64,000 nt of DNA from Isurus oxyrinchus (taxonomy: Eukaryota): the NCBI GenBank assembly GCA_026770705.1, contig JANJGN010000034.1, positions 5,952,001-6,016,000 on the forward strand, given 5' to 3'. Shown here one piece after another: positions 11,401-26,400 of this stretch (positions within the stretch are counted from its first letter, which is position 1; every line of letters begins with the position of its first letter). The position numbers and the translations under genes are program-made. The notes below the pieces were generated by a model. That model searched no databases, had not been told where the DNA came from, and saw only the letters and a list, made by a program, of their open reading frames with translations.

Positions 11401-14400
11401 TAACAAATTCCCAAACTAATACCCGTTAAGGCAACATGAACTGAAAGAATTAGCCAGGCAAAACAGTTTACGAATTGAAAATGAGGCTATTTTCACTTTG
11501 GGCGTTGTGGAGATAGTTGGACGGTTTCAGCTGCTTTTGATCTCATATTGCCTCTGCTCTACACAGAAAAAAAACTGCTCAAGTTATTCCTAGCATCGTT
11601 CATTGCACGTACATTCTTATTGAATCACTAGCCCCTTTGAACTCCAACTTTTAACAATAAAACACCTTTCGAAGAATGAATTTTATTGGTAATATAATCA
11701 TGTTGCTAGGTGTCTGTTGGCTAGGTGGTAGTTTTCACCTCACTTCTTGAATCTACCATCAAATGCAAATAAAGGCTCTTTATCTCACACATCAAAACTA
11801 CTACACATTAAAGCGCGCAGACTAGATGGCTTCAATCCAATTAAGACACACCCACAATCTAAATCTCTATTTTTGAAATAAAAATATTTACCAATAATAA
11901 TGTATATTTTAATAACTTCATGACAGTCACATTATTGGATACAATGCTCCAGTTGAGGCAGAACCAATGCTTTATAATTATTCATCTCAACATCCTTGAT
12001 TTTGTTCTCAATGCCTTCCTTTCTTAAATTCAGGATCCCATATACGTTCTTTAAAAATTCTTCATCATGTCTGCCCGTTTGAGCGATATGTTCACATAAA
12101 CCGGTATATCGCCACGTTGCTCAGGCCTTTTGATGTGTTACACTTTCGATTCCGTTACCTTCCATTGCTCTGCCGAACAAAATGTGCCAGCTCATGTATT
12201 TTTCCTTTTGAAATAGATTCACCTGCAATCTGCCTCTCCCTTCCACGAGTTGTCCTCTGGCGAAGAGGTGGAGCTGAAGTACACAAATCTGGAAAAAAAA
12301 AAATAGGGCGAACATAACATGAACGGAACTTATGTTAAAAATGAGTTTAAATGCATGCCCAGTAATGTGAAATAGTACAAGTAAGCTTTAGGCCACCAAT
12401 CGTGGGGTGGAATCATGCACATTCAGGATTACTGAGGCATGCCTAAAGTGCAATGCGGGCCAGGAAATTAACCTTGCTGTGTCTGCCGTATATAGAGAGG
12501 ATAGAAGTGGGGCCAAATACTATCTGTATTAGCTGTGCCTTTTCGAGATTCCATTCTATTTTGAAAGCAGACACAGCTATCTATAGCAGACATTTTGAAA
12601 ATTTGTACTTGGAGATAAGAGAGAAGAATGGTTCAGTCACAGAGACATGTCCTGTCTAAAATCCAGTTCGTGGTCTGCAGCTGGTGTGACAAAAATGTTG
12701 ACAAACAAGGAAACTGCATTAAAGAAAATAAAATAACAACATGACGAATTTCAATGGTCGTACTTACGAGTTTGGAGGACGATTAGGCCCATCGATCCTG
12801 CTCTCACTTTCAATTGGATGACGATAACTATGGCTGTGTCCTTAAGTCCACATTCTCGCCTATCCATGAAATCATTTTACCCGTTTGTTCGTCAATGATC
12901 TGTTTACATCTTTGTTCAAAACATAATAATCAACCACACTGCTTCCAGCATTTGCTGGGGGAGAGAGATCCAAAGACAAATAATGGTCTAAGATTCAAGC
13001 ACAGAATCTTCCCAACTTCGCCTCAAACTGGAGACACCTTAATTTTAATATTGACGTTAACAAGGAATGGTGAGTGGAGAAATGTGATAGGTGTTTTTAA
13101 AATAAGAACAGCGAATTCAATCGACCAAACAACAATGGAAGCTATAACCAGTGCCCAGAATCTATGGCATCTACATACTCTAAACGATTCTGGAGAAGAT
13201 ACATAAGTGGAAATATTACGCATATTTCATACCTTGTAAGAAAAATGATGCAACACCGGAATTCTGGTGGAAGTTTTCAGTAATTTCCATATTCAAGAAA
13301 GGGAAATAATATCTTTTTATAATTATAGGCCAGTCTTCTTAAAATCGGGGAAGGAAAATAATGGAATAGCTATTCAATAAGGTTATAGAAGAACAACTAT
13401 CATGGTTAACATGATTCAAACACGCAGATACACACAGCAACAGATATAACATGTGGATATATGTTTTTGTACAAATGGATGGACATAATGTGATGTAGTG
13501 CCCAGTTTTTGAAATGGTCTTGAATAAGCTTTTCCAGAGTGCATCAATGAATGAGGTGTGATAACGTGGAGTCAGGTAACAAGTAACGGAATGGAATGTT
13601 CTAACTGGCTCAAGACGTAAAACAGAGACTGAGAGTAATGTTGGGTTATTTAGAGTGGCAGAAGGTGAACGTGGTTCTCCGCAAGGATATTTGCTATCTC
13701 CACTGATATTTAATATTCTGTTTAATGACTTTGATTGCGGTGTCAGAAAATCAATTTCTAAATATGTGGCGTTCAGCAAAATGGGGAGAATGTCAAAACA
13801 GAGGTGCATTGCAATAAGTTGCACGAAGACTTTGTTAAACTTGGAGAAAGGACAAACAATTGAAAATTAACTCGAATACAGATTTGTGTAAAACATTACC
13901 TTCTGGTAGGAAGCATACTTGTTTTTTTTAAAACGTGAAAGTCTAGGTAGAATGAAGGAAATTAGGGGTCCCGGTCTTAGAAAGCAGCAATCGCTAAAAA
14001 TTTATTCGCTGGTGAGTGGTTAACAAAAGCAAAACAATCACGAGACTTTGTTTCTACGGGATGTAATTTAACTTGCTAACATTATGCGGAAACTAGAAAT
14101 GCATTGGGAATCCCGCAACAAATTGTCTTTACCTAACTGAATAGCATAGATGCATTAAAGAGGAAGCTAGAAAAATATATCAGTGAAAAGATGATAGAGG
14201 CTTCAATGATAAATTTAGATGAGGAAATATAGAAGGAATTTCAAGTGAATCTTTAGCGCTTGATGGGCTGAAATATTACTTTCTATGATGTTCATCCTAA
14301 GCATAACTGCTTTAAATTAAATAACCTAATTCATAATTAAAGAAGGCCGAATAATCAACTACTGTTACTATTTCGAATGTTTATAGCTGTGTAGAGTTAG

Positions 14401-17400
14401 TTAATTAAATTCATGACAGAAACAGCAGGTGTGTAAGCAAAAAAATATATATATCTGCAATAGGTTACAATGACTGGCAATTTTTTCAGTCATTTGAATA
14501 CAACCAAATGAACTGAATAATCCTGCTCATTCCAACGGGACTGGTGGGAGAATTGTTAAATTCATCGCCATCTAAGATGTCATTGCGGTGTTAATTTCTA
14601 GACCCTTTCTGCACAAAGCCCGATGTGATAATTTCACATTGATCCTGTCGAACATTGTGTTTCGTCTGAAAAAAATGTGTTCATGCTTTACTTTTCCTTA
14701 GAGCTCTATGACCTTCAGCAAAAGTGCAGTAAGTATTAGCTACTGTGTTGATTTATTATTTATTTCTGACGATTAATTTTGACTTCCTGAGCATGCATTT
14801 TTGTGCTGCCGTCCCATTGTACTTCAGGAATCGTGGGCTAGAAATCCCCCAAGAACCATCCCGCAATCAATGCTACAAAGTTTCACATTCGGAAGTTCTT
14901 GCATTGAGTTCAAGAAGTTAAAAAGTTTGCATTCTGACAGAGTCAATGCAATTGAATTATTTAAATCACCAAGAGATGTTCTGAGAGATGTTAAACATGC
15001 TGTGCAATTGACACCCGTCTCCCTTTAAATATAAATGTTGAAGTACAGTTGTTTTGCAGATACAAGGGTTGAGTGGCAAGAAGCGGGATTCGTCACTGGC
15101 GTCCCATGATACACTCGGTCAATTTTCATATTATCTATAATCGATGTGGTTGACCCTGCAGAGATATCAGAACACTACCCTACCAAAAAACTCGTCCCAT
15201 TTAAATGTCATCTCTGTGTTGCCCCTCGCTGGACTAGAATAGAAAGGGATCTGCAACTTGGCAGGGTAAATTTGAAAGTGGACATTTTACTTTTCCAGGC
15301 ATACATTTGCATAGCGGTCTATGAAGGAAGGCAGATCATGAAAAGCAGATTCCTGCTGCTTTCATATTTCCCAACTGACTATTTGCAAATATGTTTTGAA
15401 TGCACACTTCTAGTAATATAAATAGAGTATAAGAACCATTGGAGAATATGCTGTAAGCATTAAAAGTCCTATCAGAAACGAGATGGTTCTGAACTTCTTA
15501 AGATTCGGCACTGTGAATAATATTGACCTCATGGCAGCGGGTGGGAAGAGGGCATAAACAGTGAATTAGTATGATAGTCTGGAACACATTAAAAATGTTT
15601 TAAATAAATGCACCTTCACTTATTGTGAAATTCGAGCATGAATTTTCTCACTGCAGGCAATAGTCTTATCTGATAAATACATGCATGTAAAGGGGAATGA
15701 TGTAAAAAACATATAAACTGAATTATTCATATGGTGAAATAGAGACTGGCAGAAAGAGGCCCATCTGATTGCTTAACACTGATATTGTGCATTTGAGCTG
15801 ACTGTCCTGCTTATATAATGTTGCTAATTCTACATAACTCTAGAACGCATATATTCCAGAAATGCTATCCCTTTTAGCACATTTTTTGTTACTCCCAATC
15901 ACTCCGACACCACCCTCCGTCCCCTCATCCTTCTTCCCTCAACCATAATGTGGTTGTGGAATCAAAATTCCTCCAGGCCGGAGAGGCGATGGCCAGTTGT
16001 TCCTTGCTTGTTGGTCCTGCCCAAAATACGCATTACATGGACTGTCATAACTCGCCCTGCCGCGGTTAAAATCATCTTCTGCTAATGAGTATAACAACTC
16101 AGCCACAGTATGCCGTCCTTTAGCGTCATGTGTCAATAACAGGCCAATGATTGAACCATTCCTGTAACTCTTGCAGAAGCTGATCTCGACCAAAAAGATG
16201 AGGGTAAAGTACAACATCAAACATGCAGTAAATTGTTCCCATTGCATTTACTACTTGTTGCATGTAAGGAAAATAGTTGAATTTAATGACAGTGGACACA
16301 GTATCCAGATCAATCACTTGTTGCCTGGGAGGTTGTTGCAACCTAGTTCTGGATCAGAGGCCTCAGCATAAAATTTCAGCAAACACTACGAGTGAAAGTT
16401 TACGTGGCGATACTGCCCAGTCGAAGGGTGACAATTTCAAGTGAAGTATTAAACCGCAATCAGTCAACGATCCCATGGAATTGCCATAAGCAGCGAACAG
16501 ACAAAATATCCAGAAAATAAAGCGACACAAAATGAATTGGCCCTGTTGTGTCTCAGCACTATATAACTCTGAAGGATCATTGCAAGGACATTATCAGTAA
16601 AATATCGCTTACAGGTTTTTGGGAGCTCGCTCTGTGTAAAATAACTCTTGCGTTGTTTGTATTATTAGCTTGAATGCTTTTCCAAATGTGGGTCATGCGA
16701 TGTCACATGTCCTGAGAATGTGACAGGCACCTCAACAATTTTCACACACACCTGAAATGAAACAAGAATGGCTGATGTGCCAGCATGCCAACTGTAATAA
16801 CAGCCTAATTCAGGCGAGGTCTGAGGGAAAATATTGTTATTTCACTGCTTAAATGACATTCCACTTGTTTCTTTTACAAAAATGCAAGAATTCGGCAAGA
16901 AAATTGGAGAATTAGGTGAGTAATGGGAAAAAGAAGATTTGGAAACATTGCTCGTTTTTGGGGTTCATTCTGAACTTTTGTTTGCTTTCCTCATGGCAAA
17001 TGGGATGTTTTAGACAAAGATTAATAGGAAACCTAGTCTAACGTTAATTCCTTTCATGTGTCTGTCAATGTCAGTGAAAGGGCCAACGGTGCCAATCATG
17101 GTGCTGTCCAGTAGAATTCAGATTAACCCACTTTGAGAGCACATATTATCAACTCGTGTATGGTGAGAACAAGTATTAGTGCCACGCGGTTTTTGTGGAA
17201 GGTCAGTTTTGAGGAAGGGTGGAGAGGGCGGTGTTGTATATCGATAAGCTTAGATGTGTTTGATGGTAAGTGCTACTGATCTGAGTCAGAAATAAATTAG
17301 ATCTGGTGAGGAGCGATCGGATTTTGCTCAAATGAAATATGCGTTTCAACATTTGTTTGTGGTCAGCTTTTAATGGGGTCAAGTTTTATTTTGATGAGTA

Positions 17401-20400
17401 TATCATTTGCTATCAGCATGGCTAAAAATAACCTCCTTTATTGCCTATCCTAATTGTCTTTGAAATGGCCGTCTTGCCATAACCACAGCCAATTACAGGA
17501 GATATGCTTGCCTGAAATGAAAAGTTGGTATTGATTATATGTTCCTTTACGGAGAGTAGCTTTCAATTCCATATTAATTAATTGAATTTAAATTCTACAA
17601 ACTGACATGCTTGAACCCATGTCTCAGCGCATTTCTCGGAGGAGAATCAAAAGTTAGAAGACCCAGTTTCAAAATAATGAATCTTCCAGTTAAGACAGAA
17701 TGTTCCCTTCACTGAGTCATTAATACTGCAAGCAAAACAGTGGACAGTGCAGGCTTTGGAATTGAATGATTTATCAGACCGCATGTTAACCTACGAGGCA
17801 ATTAATTCTTTTGGGGATGATAATGATGCAAAAACAAAGAACTGCTGAGGTTGGGAATCAGATATGAAACAGAAAATGCTGGTAAAACGTAGCTGGTCTG
17901 GGAGCATCTGTGAATAGAGAAAGGATGGGGAACTTTTCGAGTACATACAGCTCTTCTTCAAAGCTGGTTATGGAGATAATTCAATGAAGTGGATTTAAGG
18001 CACAACCAGATTAGTTATATTCTTGTGGAATGGAGGGGAAGGTAAGAGGGGCCAAATGACCTAATTCTAATATATTTTCTTACGTTTTTACGTTGTTAAT
18101 GGGCGACATCACGATTTGACCTTTGTCAAAAATGCACATAGAGGAAGTCTGTTCCATCCAGTGGATTGAGAATTATGAATGCCTAGTTGCAATCACAGGT
18201 ATCTCAGAGTTTTACTCGCTTATCCAGACTGCTGAAAACATTGTTTTCTTTTGGGGAAAAAGCACAGTAAATGAAGGGTAAAGACCTTAAAGTTTACTTT
18301 TGTTAGGATATCAATAACAGGAGCGACCAGTCAATGATCAACAATAAAAGGAAGAGAGAGTTGTGAACTTTGCTATAGGATGTCTGATACCGAAATGCAG
18401 ATCACTTTTGTTATGCTCAATGACATTTTACATCCTATAATTTTTCAATTGTTTTTGTTTCCTTTACCGATTCACAGAAAATGTAAAGAAAGGTATGTAT
18501 ACATCTGTTACAGATACTCTCCTTTCAAGCAACATAAATAGGGTGCCCTAAAATTTCCTCCTGTTGAGTATCTTGCCTGATGTCGAATATAGAGTTTTTT
18601 TTCCCTTTTTCACGTCCCTCTGTGAGATCCCCCCTCCCCTTCCGTGTAACCTCCCACAGCTCAAAAATTGTTTTCATTCCAACTAATTTGCTTCCTTGAT
18701 TTCCGATTTAGTGCTTTCCCAGGCACGCCTCTACACTTTTAAGACGTTGCCTAAAAATGTGCATCAGAGTTGTCAGTGTTCATACCTTCATAATATCTCT
18801 CAACCTATTCGTTGTGGTTCTGTTACTATTTGTTCCATTCTGATGCATGTTTCTGCCTTCTTCGTCGTTGTCTGTTTAGTAAACATATATTATCCTTTTC
18901 AGCCAAATCCGAGAAAGGCTAATATCGCATAAAGGTCCCCAGGAGATTTTGGAGTCGTGTGAACATGAGCCAGGATGTGGCCTCTTCCAAAAGCGTAACT
19001 TTTTAAGAGAACCTGGAAGGCTGATAAAACACACACCTGTTGGACGTAAAGACTCATGTTTTCTTCCCTCCACCTTGCAGAGCTAGACTCCTGCCAAGAT
19101 ACCGTAAAAGATTTAGGTGAGCCAATCAGTTTTGATGCCTGCTGAATTTCCAGGACGTTAGCTTTACTCTTAAAACAATCAAAGCTCCAAGTTTTTCTGA
19201 AGCACAACGGAAAAAGAACGATCCTGGAGCATTAATCCGTTCTGTTTTTAAAGATGGTGAACTTTAAAGCAATGGTAGATTTGTTCTGTTTGGGGAGCTG
19301 AACCGTCAGTCAAAGTGTTTTCGTGCAAATCTCGGTCAGATTTTTGGCAAGTGATTTTATGGATTGTTCATTGTTCAGAAGGGTTCACGTAGATTATATA
19401 AATAGAACATGGATATGATGTAGCACCAGTTGCTGGGATTCCATTGACAGACTGATGTAGTGTCACGTGTGTTCAGTTGCACTGACTAAAATGGAAGTAA
19501 ATATTTGGGGTGGGTGTATAATCTTCCCTTTCTACGAAATTGCACATTTTGCTTGGCTGCCTAAAATTTATATTCATTGTGTAGAGCTTGATTAATGAGA
19601 ATGATATACCCAAATTGTACCGAATCAGCACTCGCCGTCACATTTCACCAATTTTAATTGTTGTTGACTTCAAGGTTATTAAAAAAACGCCATGTATTTT
19701 TTTCACGGAAAGGACGATCAAAAGAACGATCTTTTGAACGTCGGAATGTTGCTTCATTTACGTTATCTCCATGCTCCATAGTGTGCAATTCCACCCGATA
19801 GCGCCACTGCGTGGTAAAGAGGAAAACTTCACCATTCATTATCGTTTGCGCAATAAGAAATGTAGCAAGTTGACGGCTAGCAGTGAATAAATGCCTGTTG
19901 TCAACTTTCCATGAGTAGTTCCATAGAATTTTCAACGTGTTCCACGTGCTCAAAGAGAGTTAGGTTTGGCCTGCACTGTCGGCCACATGCAGATTAGCTT
20001 GATTTTCAGTGAATACTCTTCCGTGGTAGGTCATACATTCGTTCATTTTGCAAATTTTTCTTGATTTGTTTCATAGATAAATTTAAAAAAGGTAAGTGGA
20101 AATATGCTCAAGCACCTGACAGTCTAAGCGGGTGAAAAGAAAGACGAGAAAAGATGTATTCACAGTGATTACACATTCCGATTTAAAGTAACCTTTAAAT
20201 TGTCATTATTATATCTAAATCCCTCTTTGGCCTGGCCCTTCCAAATTGCCTTGAGAATCGTTTGGCTTTAAAACTGGCTACACGTTTTTTGTTCACACAA
20301 CGCTGGACTCTTTCTGATCGAGCTGTTCCTTCACCTTTCCAATGGCGCTTTCTGGCTTCTGCAATATGTCCCAAGGCTCTGCAGCATGTTTGCCAAATAT

Positions 20401-23400
20401 TGAACCTCAAACTCTCGTTCCTCATTTAACATTCACATGTATCCTGGGCTGTATCAAAGTCCATCCCTCGTTCTCACACCGGATTCTGGCCAATAATTAA
20501 AGTTTCGTTCAAAACATGGTGAAATGCAGCGAGGTTCCATACGCCTGGTGGCTCTTCAGTTATCGAGAAGGTCTACTAGGAAACTTAGAAATACTCAGCA
20601 GACTTTGCGCAGGCTTACAGGTCCTCAGAACAAATAACGGAATACCTGGCATCTTGAACAACTCAATGGCTCTTCTAGTGAACGAAGGCTGCAACAGAAC
20701 TAAATATCCAAACGTTTTAGTTTTGTGCCATTGGATCGAGGTGTCGTTCTCTAAAGACAGGCGTGGAATTTGGTGTGCAACTGTTTCTACATCCTAAAAT
20801 TTTGCCCGCACAGGCATCTTTCTTTCCAATGCCGTCTACCATGCCGTCAGGTGTCCAGCGAATGATGGAGGGAGCATTGTTGTGTTGTATCAAAGAGATC
20901 ACTTGAAATATGCTTGTACTGAATTTGGTCAATTGAAAAAGCGACCATTCTAATTTTGCAACACCAAAACTGACAGGAAGCTCATGATCTGTTAATTGGG
21001 TTTGATTTCCAGCTTACTCTGCAAGGCCAAAGCTGCATGATGGAAAACATACAGGAAGCAAGTCAGGGCACTTGTGTCATACCGTTAAAAGTGGCTGCGA
21101 AATGAATTGTTTATTAGTGGGAAGGCAGACAGGTGGACACTGTGAGCTGTTAGGTATCAAACACCCAAAACAGTTATTGTTGTCCAAGATTAGCGAAGAC
21201 GGACTCACCAGAGGGGGGCAGAGGGCAATCTTAAGGGATGTGCTGAAAAGCAACATGAAGAAAATGAATTATTCACATCAACATCTCGGTGAACACAGTT
21301 TATAGATTATACCAAAAGTCACCTGGCCCAATAGGAAGGACTCCAACAGTTTGAAAACGAACAACTATAAAATGATTCAGTAAAACAGGAGGGGCCAAAG
21401 GAAAACAACATGACTCGAATGAAGAATACACGACCTGGCACCCAAAGGGGCATAGGAGCATGATGTTTGCAGGTCCCTCAGTTGCCTCATCAGCCCTCTC
21501 AGGCTCATGGAAGAGAATCGTCCCTCGCTAGTGAGGCATAGCCAGCAATAACATTATCTGAAAGCAATTAATCACATTTCCCAATGTGGCCACATGTTGC
21601 ATCACCTCCAGTTTTGTCGAAACTGTTCGCGTGGAAACAATTTTGGTGCTTTTGTGGATTAAGTCACTATATTAATGCTAACTGTCCTTTCCTGTCAACA
21701 GTCTACTTTCAATCCCTACCAGCAAAGTTTCTGCCGACAATTCTGAGGAAACAGTTGCTGGCAGGGCGACTACTTGCGTGTTCTTAAGTACCGTTAAGCA
21801 AGTAGGAGGAAACCATGTTTCCCGAAGAGAAATTAAACATTTGTGACATAATCAAAGAATATAGCTTGTCACAGATCGGTTACGGAACAGAATGAGGCCA
21901 TCGGGATTTTCGCATTGGAGGCGGGGCTCTGAGTGATTATCTCGGCTGTTCCCATGTTCCATACCTTCACCTGCAAGGCATGCAACTTTCTTGCTATTCA
22001 AAGAATTACCCAGTTCGCTATTGTCAGCCACGATTTTCCCTTCGCCGAGGTCATTCTTAGACATTGCATTTAAGAACCTAATGACGCGCTTCACGTTTAT
22101 TTTCCCCATGTCCCCATTGGTTCTCTTTCAGTTGACATTAAATCAATGTCTTCCAGTTCTTGACCATTCCAAATGGGAATAGTTTCGGTGTGCATAACAT
22201 GTCCAAACCCCGTCGTGAATGTGAGAAGCCCCATCAAATCTACTTTCAAACATTTTGTATTTTTGTATAACCAATCAAATTCTCGAATCCTTCCTCCTCG
22301 AAGAAACAATCACCTCTGGAAACATTCCCATGAATAAACTCACTACCTTCTCTAACGACTTCACTTCTCCCTTAACTATAAAGTCCAAAATATGGTACAA
22401 GTCCCTAGTGGAAGTCGAGCTACAGGTTAAACAGGTTTACCATAATTTCCTTTCTTTGGCTGCCTATTCATCTATTTATAAAGCCGAAGATTTCATATGG
22501 CTAAGTGACAGCGTTTTCAATCTGCCCTGCATCTTGCAAATATTTGTCATCTTATACTCTGAAAGCCCTATGAGCAGCTTCAATCCATTTTGGAATGCTT
22601 TCACAAGTTGTTATAACCTCCCCCTACTGAAATGAATCACTTCATGCCTCTCTCTATTAATTTCATCTTCAATAGCTACTCCAACTCTCCATCAGCGTCT
22701 GTTTTACGTATTTCACGATTTCCATGCAATTCATAGCCCTGTAAAATCTAAAAAATGAAAATCTGATTATGTTGCACTGGACAGTCATGTTTAGGTCATT
22801 CATGCATACCATGTGGATAGATTGGAAGGGGGAAACTGCGTATATTTTCTTGACACTTCAGTGTGAATCATCCATATTATGAATTTCAGAGCTAAGCGAC
22901 TGTCAACAAGCTGTTAAAGACCTAGGTGAGCAAAATATTCCTGGTGTCGCTTTCAGTAACATGCCTTATTATTTTGAACGATTCAGCAAATATGTTTATA
23001 TTCTTTAAAAAAAGAAGTCAACAATTGAGCCACCAATTGTTTAGCGATAGGCCCACATTCGCTTGTGTGATTTCAAAAAAAGAAAAAACTGGGCAGAGAG
23101 GAAAACAAGCCGACCATACGACAGTGGGCAGGATTATTTTCCGATGCTCCGTGCATCATGATTATTGGTGTGTTTTGTCACAACTGTTGCTCAATCCTCC
23201 ACACTAACGGAATGATGAATATTGTTAAAATTATCGATTTTGCACCACATTGGAAAAGTATTCTAACCAGTAACGAAACTCGTCCCAATAGTGGAAAAAT
23301 GTTGTTTAATCTTAGATTTTTTTGTTTTTTTTTACCATGTAATCCCAAACAGAAGAAAAACTCAACTCAAAAGACAAAGGTACCTGATCTGACATTTTTT

Positions 23401-26400
23401 TTCCTCAAAAAGCTAGAGATTGACAATGGCTGATTGATTCTTTTTCATGATTTGTTATGCTTTCTTATGACTGTTTTATGTTTGTTTTTTACTAAGCTGA
23501 TTGCTAGAATGTATGTTAAGTGTTTGCAGCAAAAGACTCCTATACAGAGGGTTCCATAGTTTCGAGTTACGAGGGCACATTTTCGGATTCTGTGTCAGAC
23601 AAAGTTGGAAGACAATAAGTAACGTGAACTAATTAACTGAAAAAGGAATTCACTTAATGCTTCTTAAACAAGGTAGTGGTAACAACGAAGTCCCCGCTAG
23701 CACAGTGAATTTGGACATAAAACGTATGTGGTGGTTAAGAATGACAGTTTTGATGAAAGAGTTTATGAAGGATTCCTTATAACGCTGTCCTGGTGCCACA
23801 ACCTTTGGCCAGAAGCTCTGTGTTCAAGCCTCACTTCAGGATTTGTTGGCTGTTGAAGCTGTTTCCGTAAGTTGGCAGGCTGTATTGGTAACCATCTTGT
23901 AAATCGTTGCAATGCACCTGGCAGCAGGTGCTAAGAACTTCACAAATGCTGTCCAGTCAGACTGCAGAAAACAACGTGAAATGACTGTCGTACTTTGCCA
24001 AGAATAATCATGGCTATATCCAGTGGAAATGCATGATCACCAAGAATGCAAGTTACCTGAAAACTAGGAGTAAAATAATGTATGTGGTGAGTTGTTCTGG
24101 TGGAGGATAGGATTAGGGATGGGACACTTTATTGGACGGACATGTATTTTTCTCTAAATTATATGCGTTGGATTACCCTGTCGGTATCGAATTCCATAGA
24201 ATTAAATGTTTTTTTGAATTGCAACTCACTACAAATTCGTAAGAAAAAAAAATGAGCGCCCTCTTTTGCTGATCGATGACGTGCCTAATCACCTTGCATC
24301 TACTTAAATAATGTAATTGAACAATCGTTAACGAGAAGAACTTGGCAAAGTCCCACAGAAAAAAGAAAATCTGCAAAAGCATTTGATTCCACGGTTGTGT
24401 AAATTAATTTGCAAACAGAAGCACGGTGAATGTTACTAGTTTAGACTTACCGTGCCGTTATAGATTGAATTATGGAACTATTTCTTAAGCATGCATAACC
24501 TGCAAGTAAAATATCATAAAGCATGCCATGCAACCTTAGGATGGCCGTCTCGAGGAGATTCAATGTATGTCTGTTTGTTACTGCCCAACCTGTAGTCAAG
24601 TGAGTTTACCGAAGCCAGTCTTGCACTTTTTGCTACTGCAACCCCAGCACTCTGCTCTTTGTTAAAATGCAGTACGAAATGGCGGCCCAGATTAGACCTT
24701 GTATTTTTATGAATATGATACAAGGTTCAGCTGAGGTAAATATCCTGCCGTTATTTATGGGGAAGTTAAGTAGGTGCTACAGGAGGAAGTGAGCGAGAGT
24801 ACATATGACAAAAATGAGAAGGAGTATGTTGAAATATGGAGCGTGTGGAAGGACATAATCCACTTTGTCGAATACATTGATCTGTACAGAAATTCTGCAT
24901 AGTAAATCGGGAGGGTGGTTGGGAGGGACAGGGGGAAATGTACTAAAATTTAAATTGTGTTGTAACTCTCACATCTCACCATTTTAGAGATTATAAAGTG
25001 CCAAGAGTCTTTAAAGGATTCAGGTGGGAAATATATTTGGTATTTGTGTAAATTAGCCACCGCATAAAATATTCCTGCAATTCCTAGGCCACACGTAGAA
25101 TACAGAAATGCTGGTCAGTAATTTTACATGTACAATGTAAATTTTGCCTGCGTCATATAGTTGCCCAGCAAAGAAAGAGGGCAAACCCCCAGCATTCCTG
25201 TAACTGAGAAAGGAAACAGTTTTATTCCTCTCCATTTCTCTCTCTCTCTCATTATTTGCGTTCCAAAAATCTTTTCATACAACCTTCCAGACGCTTGCTC
25301 TGCACAATAAGGTGTTGTTCCCCCCCAAACCCCTCCACCACACCCTATTATTTTTCTATGAATAAACATAAATCTGCATTTCTTTGTTGTTGGTCATCCT
25401 GGACGTGAAAACGATTTATTGTTATTTAATTTCTCAAGAATGATGGTCTCAGCATGTTGGCGTAATTGCCAAAGAGTCTATTAACCTTCTTACCGTGATC
25501 AGAAAAATCTCACCTCCCGTCTGCTGTCTATATGTCTGACGACCTTGATACTGTCGAAAAATCTTCCCTGTGCTCCCAACATGCTATGTGAATCATTGCA
25601 AAGCATGTGCGCCGAATTTGAATACAATATCCTAAAGTGGCGCATATTAAAGAACAATCATTGGGCAGCTGCATGGAGTGTCGAAATCAGCAGTGAGTTC
25701 TTCGTGAATTATTAATCCCAACTAATGCGAGGTCCTGTTACCTGAGCTGGGCATTTGGCTGGGCATGGAATGGACGTCCACTGTGAAAGGGCCAGTTTCA
25801 TGGTACAGTCGAGGGTCATTATTTGCCTCAATATGTAGCATCATCTACATTACTGTGTTATGTGCAGATTTATTCACACACTAGCATGCTTGATATAGCA
25901 ACTTTTAAAATTTTCAATCTACCTGCAAACTTGTGCCTTATCAAATAAAACGTCAATTGCTTCAATGATTCCACAATCTTCCTGTTAACGTCATGCCTTG
26001 ACAGAAACAAAGCTGAAAGGCAAAGAAAAAGGTAGCCAGTTTAATGATTCACTGCTTTAAAAAGACAGATATTAACGTCTTTGGAATATATCTATCTGCC
26101 GTTTGTTTCATGATTAACTTCTCTCAATTAGCATTTAGCATTAATCGGAAGATCGGTTGAATTATGTAACGGCCTATATGAGGGGAAATTCTTTCAGCTT
26201 GAGGTCGCAGCCAATATTGAGAGCCACTAAGATCAGAGATTAACATTAATACAATCTAACACTCAGGAGGAAAGTATTGATTTAGAAAACGATTAGAATG
26301 TGGAATTTTCTGCTGCATTATCCTTTCTTACACGGAATTTCCCTGCATTTTTATAAAGCTGGGGACACCGACATCCCACCAATGTTCAATCGACATGACT

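Noticed and set aside
13339-13824. Longest ORF in the track (161 aa, minus strand)
   Set aside because: Antisense of a decayed CR1 reverse-transcriptase fragment.
14685-14701. UGC motifs upstream of several acceptors (B, D, M, N), as in SRRM4-regulated neural microexons
   Set aside because: A trinucleotide is too frequent by chance, and it is absent from many exons and lost in B2; not supportable without expression data.
15939-16247. Minus-strand ORF with a signal-peptide-like start (MLYFTLIFLVEISFC), echoed at 43431..43760
   Set aside because: The hydrophobic stretch is the antisense of purine-rich + strand exon E. There is no GT donor at the expected place, and the two copies go out of frame downstream.
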